NCBI RefSeq assembly: GCF_009914755.1
Contig: NC_060938.1
DNA: 64,000 nucleotides
Source of the DNA: the human T2T-CHM13v2.0 reference genome, Homo sapiens
Strand: one strand, 5' to 3'
Part shown: piece after piece, positions 1-21,253 of the stretch
Layout of the letters: each line of letters opens with the position of its first letter
Position numbering within the stretch: the stretch's first letter is position 1
The notes under the pieces: generated by a model
Told to the model about the DNA's origin: nothing
Seen by the model: the letters and a program-made list of their open reading frames with translations, nothing else
Database searches by the model: none
Program-made: the position numbers and the translations under genes

Positions 1-75
1 AGCTGTAGGAAAGTATTTTAGACCAGGGATTCATAAGGGATTTATCTCTCAAAAGCTGGGACCAAGTAAACAAAT

Positions 76-81
76 TTTATT
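76..81 (-). terminator. Candidate FKBP3 polyadenylation signal AATAAA
   Basis: tttatt on + strand, about 130 nt after the FKBP3 stop; the 3' UTR may extend beyond the window. Confidence 0.55.
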
Positions 82-208
82 AACTCCTTGAATTTTCCAG
101 TTGACTCTTCCTTTACAATAGTAACAAGTTCTAACTAGTTGTGTAAATTTCTTCAAGGCCAAGTTTTATCATTGTTGCTAATATCCTTAGAGCTGAAGCA
201 CTGCTATT

Positions 209-263
209 TCAATCAATATCCACTAATTCCACTTCAAAAGTGAGTTTTGCATTTGGTGGAATT
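209..263 (-). CDS. FKBP3: FKBP3 exon 7 (coding part, stop TGA)
   Basis: caacag acceptor; IPPNAKLTFEVELVDID*; total CDS 675 nt = 224 aa. Confidence 0.97.
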
Positions 264-584
264 CTGTTGAAGAAGTCAAGGTACATTTGATAAAAAGTGC
301 CTCTCCCCTACCCCCATAACCTTAGTGTAGGATAGGCTGACTAGATAGGCTCACTAGATAAATTGAGCTTGGACTAGGATCCTCCTTACCTGGATGCTTT
401 ACAAGTACTCCTAAATTAGCCACCACTTAATGAAGACTATTAAGTACTCCAAAACAAAAGTAATGTCATTCTAGCTGGGGGGGGGTGGAACAAAAAAAAT
501 ATATATACATATAGAGAGAGAGTATTAAAGTTTTTATGAGGTAGTACATAATATTTACTGTGCATTTTAAGATGCTAAGTTCAA

Positions 585-895
<311 letters not shown>

Positions 896-899
896 TTAA

Positions 900-1304
<405 letters not shown>

Positions 1305-2038
1305 TAAGAGAGCTATTATATTCCCAAATATGTTTATCTGCTAAGACTACAGAAAGCTGCCTCCCAAAGGACTTGTTTTTTCAAACTTAATCTGATGGGT
1401 CCAAGAGGAATGGAACCAACAAAAGCCATAAACTTACCTTCCCTCTTACCTATTGGATTGGTCTGGTCTTAATGGTCTGGAGTCATTCCTTATTTTTTTT
1501 TTAAATGTTCACAAACTGGACTTATCAGTGAGTATTGTCATTAGTAGTAATAATAAATGCTTACACTAACACTGTTGATTCTGTGGTCTCCTTCAGTTCA
1601 CAACTGGTAATCTCCCACATCTATTCCATTTCTAAGCTTTGAATTTAATTGCCTGAAATTATACTGTACCATAAAATTACCATGAGCCATATTTGCATCG
1701 TAGTTTGCTACAGTTTGTACTGGGCATGGTAACTTTTCTTAAACTCTTAAAAACATTAAGAATTGCTGTTTAAGCTTAAACTTCACAGTTAAGGTCTTGA
1801 AAGTTAAGAATTTGAATAAGAGAAACAAAAATTCTAGCTGAGGTTTGAACTTTATATCAATAGAAAATACTATTGCCTATTGGAGGTGCTGACACATAAG
1901 CATCTAAAGATCAGGAAGACTAGTCTGGACAGGATTCTTGATCCAGAAGTTTGCCTAGACAGCATCTTTCACATCCTCAAAGGTGATCTAGACGTTTTTT
2001 TTTTTTCAACTTTAATTATGAAGGGGAAAAAAGGATAC

Positions 2039-2136
2039 TTGGCATCAGGCTGTCCTTTCTTTCCGTAAGCCCATTCTGGTTCAATCTCCAGTCGAGCCTT
2101 TTCTCCTTTACTCATAGTCAAGAGAGCTTCATCCCA
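2039..2136 (-). CDS. FKBP3: FKBP3 exon 6
   Basis: WDEALLTMSKGEKARLEIEPEWAYGKKGQPDA(K); followed by a GTATCCTT donor; 98 nt. Confidence 0.97.
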
Positions 2137-2370
2137 CTAAAGGCAAGAACAAAATAAAAACTAATGGTATTTTGCAAAAAGCACATGCAATACCAGGACA
2201 GTCAAGACAAGATTGTATGTTAAAACAAACACAGAATCTATTACTATAGATTTCACTATATTCTAAGATAATGTACTTCAGTGAGTCCCTAAATCTTTGT
2301 CTTCCATTTCTTCAATAGAAAAAAAAGGGTATTTTAAGCAGGGCTTTTTTAATGTGAAAAGAACCTTTTG

Positions 2371-3030
<660 letters not shown>

Positions 3031-3297
3031 AAATACAATTTTTAAAATGTTACGGCACTAAGATCTTTTGCAAAAGGTAAAACTAACTTTTCAAAGAAAC
3101 AATAAAAGTCTTCTGGGTTGGCCTCTCCATATTTTCCAAATTTGGATCTTAAAGCTAGTTTCCACAAACAGTTAAATCCACATCACCAAAGGGATAATAT
3201 TCCTAATATTATATGCTGTATTGAAATGCAACAATCATATAAAGCACAAGGGACAAAGTTAGGGTGGTCACATTTGGAAAATAAGAATATGGTAGAC

Positions 3298-4001
<704 letters not shown>

Positions 4002-4897
4002 GGGCAGGTAACAATTATAAGTTATGCTCAACTAAACCTTTAGTTTTAAGATGTTTTATATTCTGTATATGATTGTCTGAACCATATCTTAGGACCTACT
4101 GATTGTACAGAGAGTAATATATTGAAGGTTCCTATAACTGCATTTAAATAGGCATTTCAGTTATTGATGTCTGATGTTCTGAGAATAACAATTTAAAACA
4201 AACAATGGGCACAATGGGCAGGCCTTAGCATGAAAACCTGATTCATAGAAGGTGACAGTCTGCCCTACTCTTTTATCTTCTTTTGTACAGTATAATGGTC
4301 AGTACGGGTCAAGCCTAACTTCCTCTTTTCTCAAAGTTTCTTTCTGTTATCTCTCACATATAAGTGTAGGTTAAAGCATGCTCATGTTTGAATGATTTTC
4401 TGGTATTGCAGCCTATGTTGTATGAGGTGAAAAGGCTGCAGAAACAAACTCTGCTTCTGTGAATACTTCAGTGGGACAGATATTTTACCTTTGCAAATTA
4501 TATGTAAATGGTACAACAGTTATAAGACATTTTACAGGAACCTTAAATTTAGAGGGCCAAACATTCTGACAAAGACTTACTTTATGAAGAAAAATAATAA
4601 AATGGGTACACATGGAAGGGACTAATATTTAAGCCCCTACTGTATTAGGTACTTCAAGTTATGCTCATTTAATCTTCTAAAAACCTTGAGGTAGGCAGTA
4701 CTGTCCTCATTTTATATGTAGCGAAACTGAGACCGAGATAACTTGTGCAAGATCAGCTAACAATGATTATACCCAATCTGTCAGACTCCAAAGTCTGTTT
4801 CCTTTGTATTATATCCCCAAACCTAATTCTTTACAGCACCATACCAGAAGCAGCATATGCCAGAATATCTACTGATTCATTGGCATTCTTTACTTAC

Positions 4898-4965
4898 TCC
4901 TCTGATAACTTTGCCTACTCCGACCTTAAAACTTAAAGGCTTGGCATTTTTCTTCTTCTTTGCAC
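4898..4965 (-). CDS. FKBP3: FKBP3 exon 5
   Basis: ttacag acceptor, gtaagt donor; (S)AKKKKNAKPLSFKVGVGKVIRG, including the basic loop; 68 nt. Confidence 0.97.
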
Positions 4966-5495
4966 CTGTAAAACAGATTTTCCTTATCATTAATGATATA
5001 CTCTAATTTATTATTAAGAAATTTCCATTGGAAATTATTAAATTCCAGTGGAAAAATATAGTGGTTTGATTTCAGAATTACAATACTATGTATTTTAAAA
5101 GAAGGAAAAAATTTACAAAGATCATCCATCAATAAAATTCTGGCTGTAAAAATAATTACATTCTTAACAAAGGGTAGAGGGGTAGGACCTATACTTATAT
5201 CACAAAACAGCATACTATCCTGCCTTTTCTATTCAAATACTAATGCCTTACTTTGGGACATTAACCAGGTTTAGACTGAGATTCCTTATCTTTTGCTTTC
5301 CAAAGAACAAGAGGTCTTTAGCCAGCCAATAATCAGTGAACTGAAGACCTCTTCCAAGTAGATCTTGGGGGAAAGTATGTCTGGATGAAAGTAGGTGACA
5401 GTCAGGAAAAAGGTACTGCTAACTACTCATCTGTCTGCCACCCAAGTATTTAGAATCTCTTTAAGCCAAAAACATAAGATTCCATTTAGACTTAC

Positions 5496-5631
5496 TTGTT
5501 TGAATATTAGTATCAAAAACAGTCCCATCTTGTAGTGTTCCTGTATACCAGCAGTGAACAACATCTCCCTTTTTGGGAAAGTTGGTTTTATCTCCCTTTT
5601 TCAGAACAGATTTAGTATATTTTGGTGGACC
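5496..5631 (-). CDS. FKBP3: FKBP3 exon 4 (start of FKBP PPIase domain)
   Basis: ttttag acceptor, gtaagt donor; GPPKYTKSVLKKGDKTNFPKKGDVVHCWYTGTLQDGTVFDTNIQT; 136 nt. Confidence 0.97.
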
Positions 5632-6425
5632 CTAAAAACAAAAAACAACACACACACACAGAGTTATTAATTTGTGTCCTTTAAAAGAATGACAAACAAT
5701 AGCCAACAATGACCAAAGTCAGTTTAAAGAGTTTGATGGATTTGGTAATAAATAAACAAACAAAACCCTCAGTATCTAATTTCAAGGCTGTGATGTGACT
5801 ATTAGTAACTTACACATCTATAATTTAATTTCAAATAACTTCCAGCTTCTTTGGAAGCCTAAATTCTTCTAATAAGATTCTGTTAATAATTCACCAAACC
5901 ATAACATGATTTCAGTTATTTCCTAAAGTTAAAAAAAATCATTACTATTTAATTCCTATGAAATCATAAGGCATTAAAATAAGGGATGGTGACTTCCCCC
6001 CCACAAAGATTTGAACTGTTTTAGCAGCAATAATTGATATTACTAGGTGTTTTTATAATAACCAATTAGAATGAATACAGTGATATTGCCTCTGTCCCCG
6101 ATTTGGAAAATAAATTCACACAATGGATGAAATTACCTAAAGAAATTGCTATAACAGGCATATTTCCTAGAACAAAGTAGGATTATCAGGGTCTTCTACA
6201 AAAAAGGTTACATATTAATCTAATCAATAGCAATTCATATATGAGAGGAAAGCAGACAGAGGAACTGTCAAGAATCTTAGGGAGTTAATTAAAAAAAAGA
6301 AGAAGTGTACCGAATTTAAAAGTATCCTTACCTAAATCTATTTGGTTTCTGAATTCAGACCAAATTCAGAGGGATCTGCATTATCCAAATCTATATTTGG
6401 TTTCTAAATTTCATAAAATAAATAA

Positions 6426-7208
<783 letters not shown>

Positions 7209-7238
7209 GTCTGATCTCCTTGCAAATAGTCTACCTCT

Positions 7239-8061
<823 letters not shown>

Positions 8062-8260
8062 CCTTGAGTCAGTCCTCTACTCAACTGCTAGAGTGATATT
8101 AACAATTACTGCTTATAGTTTTGTGTCCAAAGGCCTAAACCATGCAGGATCTTAATCTATCCCTCCCTGAAGTTCCAGAATTCTATCAGCCTTTGAACTC
8201 TTGTCTTTTCCATGACCTTCTCAGTAGAGCAGGTGCATACAGCATAGAAATCTTTCAATC

Positions 8261-9243
<983 letters not shown>

Positions 9244-9914
9244 TAGATCACTGTGACTGAAATATAAAAAATGACTTGGGAAGCAAAAGTAGAAGTGGAG
9301 AGACTTGTTAGGAAAAAAGTTACTATAGTAGTTTAGGTTTAGACCAGGGTGCTAACAGTGAGGATGACAAAACATGAATGGCTTTGGGATATATTTTGGA
9401 GGCAGAATCACCAGAAGTTGGTAATAACTACATATGAAGCAGTTATCAAAGATGAAGTTATCAAATTTTTCGTTTGAGTACTTTTATACTGACTTCTAAT
9501 TGCTAAGTGTGAGTTTCTGTCGTAACTTATATTTTCTTTCCTGTACAATACTCATTCATACCATGAAAATTTTCCTCAATGCTATTTAATATATAATAGA
9601 CAATAAATATATTGACAATGACTGATTTAAAATCCCATAAGAGCTATTAGACAAGTCTTTATATTAAAATAAAGGTAGAAATAAATAATACAAATGTGCT
9701 TAGGAATGTATGCAGTTGTGTATGTATACAGCAAAGTCTCACATGGTAAAAATTCCAGAGGAAGCAATGAGCCCAGGAGCTGGGTCTTAAAGGGAGCACA
9801 GAAGTGACAAATAGGGATAGTAAAAGGACACTCTAAGGAAGAAATAAAATATGGAGGTAGGAAAGGGCATGATGTAGTAGACAATGAGCAGACATTTGTG
9901 GTCAAAGAAAAAAA

Positions 9915-10520
<606 letters not shown>

Positions 10521-10639
10521 AATACGTCTATAGAAACATGGAATATGGAGCTTAGCAGCAGCCACATTTTGGAAGTTTTGAATGCCAAGAATAAGAAATT
10601 TGGATATATATTGAAGACCAGTGGTGACCAATAAAAATG

Positions 10640-11700
<1,061 letters not shown>

Positions 11701-12066
11701 TCTAGACAACACTCAATTACTGAAGATTTTTCAGCAGGGTGTGGTTTGCAAAGTATTGTTTTAGAAATCTTATTAGAATACCCATTTTGTTGCTGACTGG
11801 ATAAAGAAAGAGAAGGGAGGCAAGAAATGAACAACGTTTTTAACATTCTGGGTATGAGGCCTTGCTTCGAATGCTTGAAAATGGAAAAGGAATGAACGTT
11901 TAAAATAAAAGGAAGATGTTTGAGAGCATTAGTCCTGAAGGAGACATGAGAAAGAAAAAGGGACGCAAAGATTCAGAGAAATTTTAAGCTCAGAAGAAGG
12001 GAATGGCAATGGCTAGACATTCACATTTTGGCACTACAGAACACAGGAGCATATAATGAGAAGGGA

Positions 12067-12365
<299 letters not shown>

Positions 12366-13805
12366 GAGAAAGGAGTAAGAAGGGACTGAGAATTTGTGAG
12401 AAAATGTCAAATACTTTATGTGAGCAATGAGCAATGTGATGGAGAACTGGGCAAAGGATAGTATAAATGTTGTTGAGTAGCAATGAAACTAGAAAACATG
12501 CTTGGCTAATATTAAGCATGAATTTATACCAGGCTCAATAAAAGGTTTTATGATTATATGTTTATAATGCCTGCTCTCCAGTCCCAAAGCATGAAGACAG
12601 AGAGTAGACAACGAGGGTTAGCAAGGAAATGGACAAGAGGCTTTTGAATGTAGGACGCTAGGAAAACAGTCACAGTACATAAATGGGCTCAAGCTGGCCA
12701 GTTAAACGAAGAGGTTTTAAATAAAATGATAGAGTTTAGGACCCTCATAAGCTTGCTCTAGATTGTCTCTAGCTCTTATGAATTTACCTTTTATTTTCTT
12801 AACTCCTTAATGAAATATTATCTGTCTCCTAAAACCATCCTCATTCTAATTTCCTGGAGGGTGAACTATGTTGCCAGTTGCTTCTGAAACCCTTCAATAA
12901 TAATTGCTCCATTTACCTTAGTAGCTACTCAATAGATATAACATTTATTAAATATTAATTGTGATAAACTTTAAAACTGCTTTGTGTGCACATATACCTA
13001 TAAACATTAATTTGTGCTTTTTAGCCAATAGGAAAAGATCATGCAAAATTAACTAGCTTTAATCAAATAAACATCTATAATTGTATAACTGAACTTACAC
13101 TTTCCACAAATACCCAAAAGCTACACTGTCATCAATAGCCTCACCTCTTTACAAGAACTAAAAATAGATTATTATCACTGATACTAAGACTGCTGGCAAT
13201 GAGTGAGCTTAGATAGTAAGGTATTATCAGAAATGACAAGATTATAATCAATTCAGCTCTGCTAAGTCAGTTCTTAGTAGCTGATCTTAGCTCTACTAAG
13301 GCTGTCAATTTGCAGGAATGAATTAATCTGGTTCTTCAAACCTTTGTACCAAAGTATAAAACCTGAGTTGGGAAAACTGAGACAGATGAACCCACATCCT
13401 GCAGCCAAGCCTGGATTATTTCTATTGCCAGGGACACCATGTACATTAGAAAAAGCTAAAAATAATCAAAAGAAAATGTATTTCACTTAGTCCAACTTGG
13501 CTATAGAATCAAGGCCTTAAAATAGCTTTGAAAGCTCAGAAGGTCTGGACAGATGTGGAGGCGATATTAAATACAATATCAGAAGTGTTTCACAGAATAG
13601 GCTAATAACTGTAAAGCACTAGTTCTTAGGATTATTTCTGTCCCAGTACACCTAAGGGAAATGGCCCACTACATTAAGTGTTTGGCTCATTGAAAGTGGT
13701 CGTATTCAACCACCCTTCACTATGAGAAGTTAGTGCAAATAATAAAGAAATAAATACAATTTCTAGACTCCACATGATAAAATAAAAAAATAATTATATA
13801 CAGAC

Positions 13806-13913
13806 CTCATCCAGGGTCTCTTCAGACTTGGTTTCTTTGGGTTTATCTTCATTAAGCTTCACATTTTTTACTTGCTCAGACACTTTACTTATACTTTCAG
13901 TACCCTTAAAACG
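13806..13913 (-). CDS. FKBP3: FKBP3 exon 3
   Basis: ttacag acceptor, gtctg donor; RFKGTESISKVSEQVKNVKLNEDKPKETKSEETLDE; 108 nt. Confidence 0.96.
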
Positions 13914-14689
13914 CTGTAAGGAAAATGTTGTAACATCATACCCAGGACAGGCTAAAACCAAGAAGCAACATCAAGATTTTCAGCCTCTCAATTAAATGAA
14001 CATCTGCATAATAAATATAGGTTGTATAACACAATTGTGAATAAATGGTCTAAGGAAACGAAGAGCAAAGAAAGAATTTTGCTCATAATTTATTTTTAAA
14101 CAATAAATGATTACCCTCAAACCAGCTTACAATATAAATTCTGAAATGAGAACCATGACCTTAGAAAGGCCAACTCATACCCAGAGATATAAGCACTATT
14201 CAAATAACTCCTAAATAAAGATTTCTTTCCTGTGGAAGATATTCATTTCATAGTAAACAAATGTGGGAGAATGTCTTAAAATGTATTTTTGTAAAGCTCA
14301 GCCTAAATCTAAACCAGACTTTAAATTCATTAGTGAAATGGAAACTTATTTTCAATATAACATTTAACATATATAATAAAACAACAACAAAATACATTTA
14401 ATATACACCATATGCTAAAGTAATACGGTAATACCACTGACCTAATGAATTTATAACTTCAGTGGACTTAAGAATTTGTTGTCTCAATTTAAGCTACAAA
14501 ATCCAGACCCTTTGAAAATACTGAAACATTCTGCCATACTGCAGATTAGCCTTGCTAGATTTGACAGCTAGTCCACTTATGATAACAGTTCAGAAAAATT
14601 ACAGGTGGAAAAGCTCCAACACATTCAACAAATCAATGCATTTTAAACATCTTTTTTGGAAATAAAATTTCAAAAGTGATGTTCTGCTA

Positions 14690-14812
<123 letters not shown>

Positions 14813-15345
14813 CTATAAGGAAAAAAGCTGGGTAATCAAGATAACTTCTCCCGAGTAAGAAGTGTCTAAAATTAGAAAACGATCCTTTTATGTTAGCAGT
14901 TGTGTTTTCAGTAGTACTAGTACTGAAGAAGAAATAAAGCCTATAGTTTATACTCTTTGTTACAAAAAAAGTAAGAGATTTTTTAAAAATTCGGTATTTA
15001 CAAGAATTAGTGACAAGACTGCAACTGTAGTGTTATGTACTGAACACAGTGTTTCATCCTAAACTTTTTCCTGTCAACACTCACAAAAAATAACATTTAT
15101 ACAGCAAGCACACTGTGGTGACTTGAGTCAGCTGCTCACTGCAGGAGGATACTTGGGTGCAGCCCTTGAGAGCCTCCAGCCAGGTTGGACATAGCTATCC
15201 TGAGGCATTTGTAACCCATTCTTAGCCGACTAGGAAGAGTCACTGTTACACAAGCATGTAACATACATATGTTGAGATTGCTATGCTTAACATTATATAT
15301 ATAATTGCTAAGTATATGGGCTGTGGAGTCATATTATCTAGGTTA

Positions 15346-15681
<336 letters not shown>

Positions 15682-16367
15682 CTAGACAGGGGACTAAGCT
15701 TGTCTAAAGACTCAGCCTCCATATCTGTAGTGGAAGATTAATAACAGCGTCTACGTCAAAGAGTTGATATAAGGATAAAATGCAAAAATCCATTTAATGC
15801 ATTTAGCATAGAGCCTGTCACACAGTAAGAACTTAATAAATATTGGGATTATGATTAATACTGTATTTAATAACTCAAGGTAACAGCGGAATTGCTTTTC
15901 TTTCAAATATAAGACTGCTAAGATGGCAGATGGACACTAAAATACTACTGCTGAAATAGCAAGTCGTAGTATAACTTTATCTGAAAATCACGTAATTGTG
16001 AGGATTTCCATAACTTCTTTGTTTCCTTATTTTATTCTGCTTCTTTTTCTGCCTTGTGGTCCTTGCTTAATTCCTAATTTTGTTACATTCTCAAAGTTGT
16101 CCTTTGGCATCTTCTAAGCTTTTGATAAAGCAGTTAACATTATTAGCAGTTAACAGCTAACACTATCACTATTGTATTTTTTTCTTTTGCTTTTTCTTTC
16201 AAAGATATGTTCTAAATAACAGCTGATGGGGAAAGGAGACAAAGTTGACTAAACGGAAGTAATCAGTTACCTTTAGCATGCTGGTGGTTTCTTGTTAAAG
16301 ATTCCAGAAAATACCCAAAGCATAAAAGCATAAACATCTCTTTGATATCTTATGATTAATAAAATAA

Positions 16368-16746
<379 letters not shown>

Positions 16747-17206
16747 GAGACTATGCATTTAAAAGATTAATGTTATAAAAACATTTTGATAATCCAAGTC
16801 TGTTGAAATTCTTCCACGTGGCCCAGTTTTACATACGATTCCACATGGCATGATTTGTTTCATAAGAATATGATGGATGAAGTACATGACTGAGGTATTA
16901 TTAAATGTTAATGATGTCTATTCTATTGTTTCAGATGAAATACGAATTGGCTTAAGAGAAAATAGTTCCATTAAAATGGGGTAAGATCCCCGACACATGT
17001 TCTTTTTCACCCTTGTACCTCCAAACACTGAGAATAGTTCTTGTTACAGATGTTGTATTAATATCTGCTAAATTAATCTAAGATGCGGATGCCAGGATAA
17101 TAATTAAGGAAGAAGGCACTGGAAGTTGGAGAGTTCTTCTATCTCCCTGTCATGACGCCCGCCCAAAATGAAAATAAAATATAAGCTTCTCAAAATAACC
17201 CAGAAA

Positions 17207-17513
<307 letters not shown>

Positions 17514-17979
17514 CTAAATGAAAAGTTTAGAATTTTAAAAATTGTATAGAAAACACAAGCAGGCTGCCGCTTGTAAGAGAATGCTGCGTGCACAACTATT
17601 TCAGCAATTTAACAGGTGCATGAATGAACTTATTTTCCAAAGGAAAAACAAGTGTAACAAAAATAACTTGACTATAGACGGATGGTTAAGATGGAGACTA
17701 TGCTGACAAATGGAGAGCCTACAGTATAAAGCATTTCAAATAAATTTCTTAGTCTGTTTATAACAATGACAGACCACTGCACAAGAGAAATGTGCATGTA
17801 GCTCCCTTAAAGTATAAAGGTGAAAAGGTCATTTAAAGGGTCGATATGTTAAATCAAAACTTAAACCACAACCTACGGATTTTTTAAAAATCACACGCAT
17901 TAATGTTCAGTATTTAGTAAACTGTTGAGAAAAGCAAGTTGGATACACCGTTCCCACAGAAATCTTCACATCCCTTCCC

Positions 17980-18720
<741 letters not shown>

Positions 18721-19966
18721 GAATTAGACACCTTGTGAAGCGACCTCTGATGGTAGCGACATTTATCAACCATTACCCACATTTAAGGCAGCTATGCCTT
18801 TAAAGTCCAGTCTATAACCTGTTAAAAGAAAACAGCATTCAGGCTCCTTATCTCGTTTTATCTAGTTCTAGCCTAAAAAGTCACACCTGAAGTGCTTCAG
18901 TCCTTGTCGATCCGAAAACCCATATCCCACCATTTCCCTTTTAAAGATCACACAACCGAAACTTAAATACAAACTGCCCATCCCCTTCCCCCCATACAAA
19001 TACGAGAAAGTTTGTCCAAAACGAAGTTCAGAAACTTTAACAAATAAAACAATTTATAAAGAAGCCGCACTCAGGATGCCACTTGCTGATGAGAATGACA
19101 TTATTAATGCTCGTAACTCTGTGATGTATATTTTTTTCTCAGTACACGAGGAAACAAATTTACAGAGGTTACTCAAAGTCAGGTTTAGAGAGAAGTCAGG
19201 AATTATTTGAGACAGAAATCTTCGTTAGAGTGGAATAATTGCACACCGACGTTTATTATAATGCTCTTACCTATAATAAAGATTTAATAGTTGAACATCA
19301 GGACTCCTTACTTAAAAAAATGTAGGCTGACTCTGGGCATGTTGCCTATGAGTTAGCTCTGCTTTGCAAGGAGCATTAAAAAAAAAAATTCTGACGAATA
19401 GCTGGACCAGACCACGTTCACTTCCCTTTAAACAATGAAAATATTAAAATAATGGGTTGCCACTCCCAGCGCGGTGAAAAAGAGACTTGGCATTTTGTTT
19501 TCTCAGCCCAGATAGAGATATAAGACAAATTATTCCATCTACACATTTTTGCTTTTCACTTTATATTCTGATTTAAAAGTACAAGGAATGAGGCACGTTA
19601 GACGCTCAATAACATTAAGTTCCCAAACTGGTGGCTATTCCATTGTCCCCGGGTATGTAATATTTTACAATAAATCTCTATTATAACATTTTAAGTGATT
19701 TATCACGTTAGCAATGACGCCCAGCCATCTAATCATTGGAAACGGAACTTAAATTTAGAGTTTGTTAAAACAAAACACCGGAACCGCACCGGGGACCATA
19801 TTTAGAGTAACGCCTTAATAATGCGCATGAGTCTCCGGCAGGGCTGTGAAGGTTTCCGGGAAGCCAGCCAATCATTCCCAACGGAAACTCAGTAGCGGCA
19901 TTTTCAACTGGATAAACTGGCCTTAGTCCCGCCTTCTCGTTCCAGAGTTTTGTGCGAAGGAAACCG

Positions 19967-20044
19967 ATGGGGATCGGAACCGTAGCGGTTGAGCTGCTGC
20001 TGCTACGGATATCTGACAGAAGCCTTCGGTGGTTGTCGGCCTAA
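19967..20044 (+). promoter_or_regulatory. Upstream ORF (25 aa) whose TAA overlaps the FANCM ATG
   Basis: ATG 19967; [25 protein letters not shown]; TAATG at 20042-20046; requires a TSS upstream of 19967. Confidence 0.6.
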
Positions 20045-20551
20045 TGAGCGGACGGCAAAGAACGCTTTTTCAGACGTGGGGCTCAAGTATCTCCCGATCA
20101 TCTGGGACTCCGGGTTGCAGCTCCGGAACTGAGCGACCTCAGAGCCCTGGCAGCTCCAAGGCGCCTTTGCCAGCAGCAGCGGAGGCTCAGCTGGAGTCGG
20201 ACGATGATGTGTTGCTTGTCGCGGCGTACGAGGCTGAGCGGCAGTTGTGTCTAGAGAATGGCGGGTTCTGCACCTCCGCGGGCGCCCTGTGGATTTACCC
20301 TACCAATTGCCCAGTGCGGGACTACCAGCTGCACATTTCCCGGGCTGCTCTGTTTTGCAATACGCTGGTGTGTCTGCCTACCGGACTGGGAAAGACCTTT
20401 ATTGCCGCCGTGGTCATGTACAATTTCTACCGCTGGTTCCCTTCAGGAAAGGTGGTCTTCATGGCCCCAACGAAACCCTTGGTGACACAGCAGATCGAGG
20501 CTTGCTACCAGGTGATGGGTATCCCGCAATCCCACATGGCCGAAATGACAG
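20044..20551 (+). CDS. FANCM: FANCM exon 1 (c.1-508)
   Basis: [12 protein letters not shown] (PIP-box-like), Q motif RDYQ, Walker A LPTGLGKT, motif Ia APTKPLV; donor gtatct. Confidence 0.97.
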
Positions 20552-21080
20552 GTATCTTAGACTGGACTAATTTTGAAGTAAGAGCTGGGAATTCCTGACC
20601 CATGTGGAATAGTTCCCAAGCTACAACATGTGCATCTTACGCCCTCCCTCTTAAAACATTCTCTACTTGCAGCAAGCCCAAAACTGATGAATAGGGTTGC
20701 TTTATTCAATCTTCAGAGAATATCTGCAGCTTGTCATAGTATTTTGAAGCTATTATGTGCGTATACCCCATGGGTAACTGAACATGATATTTCCTGGCAT
20801 TCTTCCTGAAAAAGATTTCTCAGTTGAAGAATTTGCCTCTCTTCAAATATGCCATTTTGTAGGAATTTTCTAAAGACAATTTGGTTGTAGTCCTAGATAA
20901 GTGCCAGCTTTGATATTTGGACCACACCAGAACTTTAAAATGTAGCATTCCGATGAATTGTCAAATTGTTTTTCTCTTAATGTTACCAAAGCATGTTTGC
21001 ATTCTGAAAAAGCCAGACTATTTATATTTTATAGATAACAGTCTGAAGTTTAGAATGTAGAATGTCACTTTTATTTTCAG

Positions 21081-21253
21081 GGTCTACACAAGCTTCCACC
21101 AGGAAGGAAATATGGTGCAGTAAGAGAGTGCTTTTTCTTACACCTCAGGTCATGGTAAATGACCTTTCTAGAGGAGCTTGTCCCGCTGCTGAAATAAAGT
21201 GTTTAGTTATTGATGAAGCTCATAAAGCTCTCGGAAACTATGCTTATTGCCAG
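21081..21253 (+). CDS. FANCM: FANCM exon 2 (c.509-681), DEAH box
   Basis: tttcag/gtaata; ...KCLVIDEAHKALGNYAYCQ; 173 nt. Confidence 0.97.

Larger units (their letters stand above)
19730..20560 (+). promoter_or_regulatory. CpG-rich FANCM promoter and first exon
   Basis: CCAAT boxes (ATTGG 19735-19739, AGCCAATCA 19866-19874); ETS-like CCGGAA ~19778; NRF1-like TGCGCATG 19822-19829; E2F-like GTCCCGCC 19926-19933. Confidence 0.75.

Noticed and set aside
6322-6331. GTATCCTTA U12-like donor
   Set aside because: On the + strand, antisense to FKBP3, with no associated exon
20552-20560. FANCM intron 1 donor GTATCTTAG resembles a U12 5'ss
   Set aside because: It lacks the CC at +5/+6, and the 3' end has an ordinary pyrimidine tract with no CCTTRAC branch
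20247-20570. Alternative-frame ORFs within FANCM exon 1
   Set aside because: GC-rich shadow frames of the real CDS; no support
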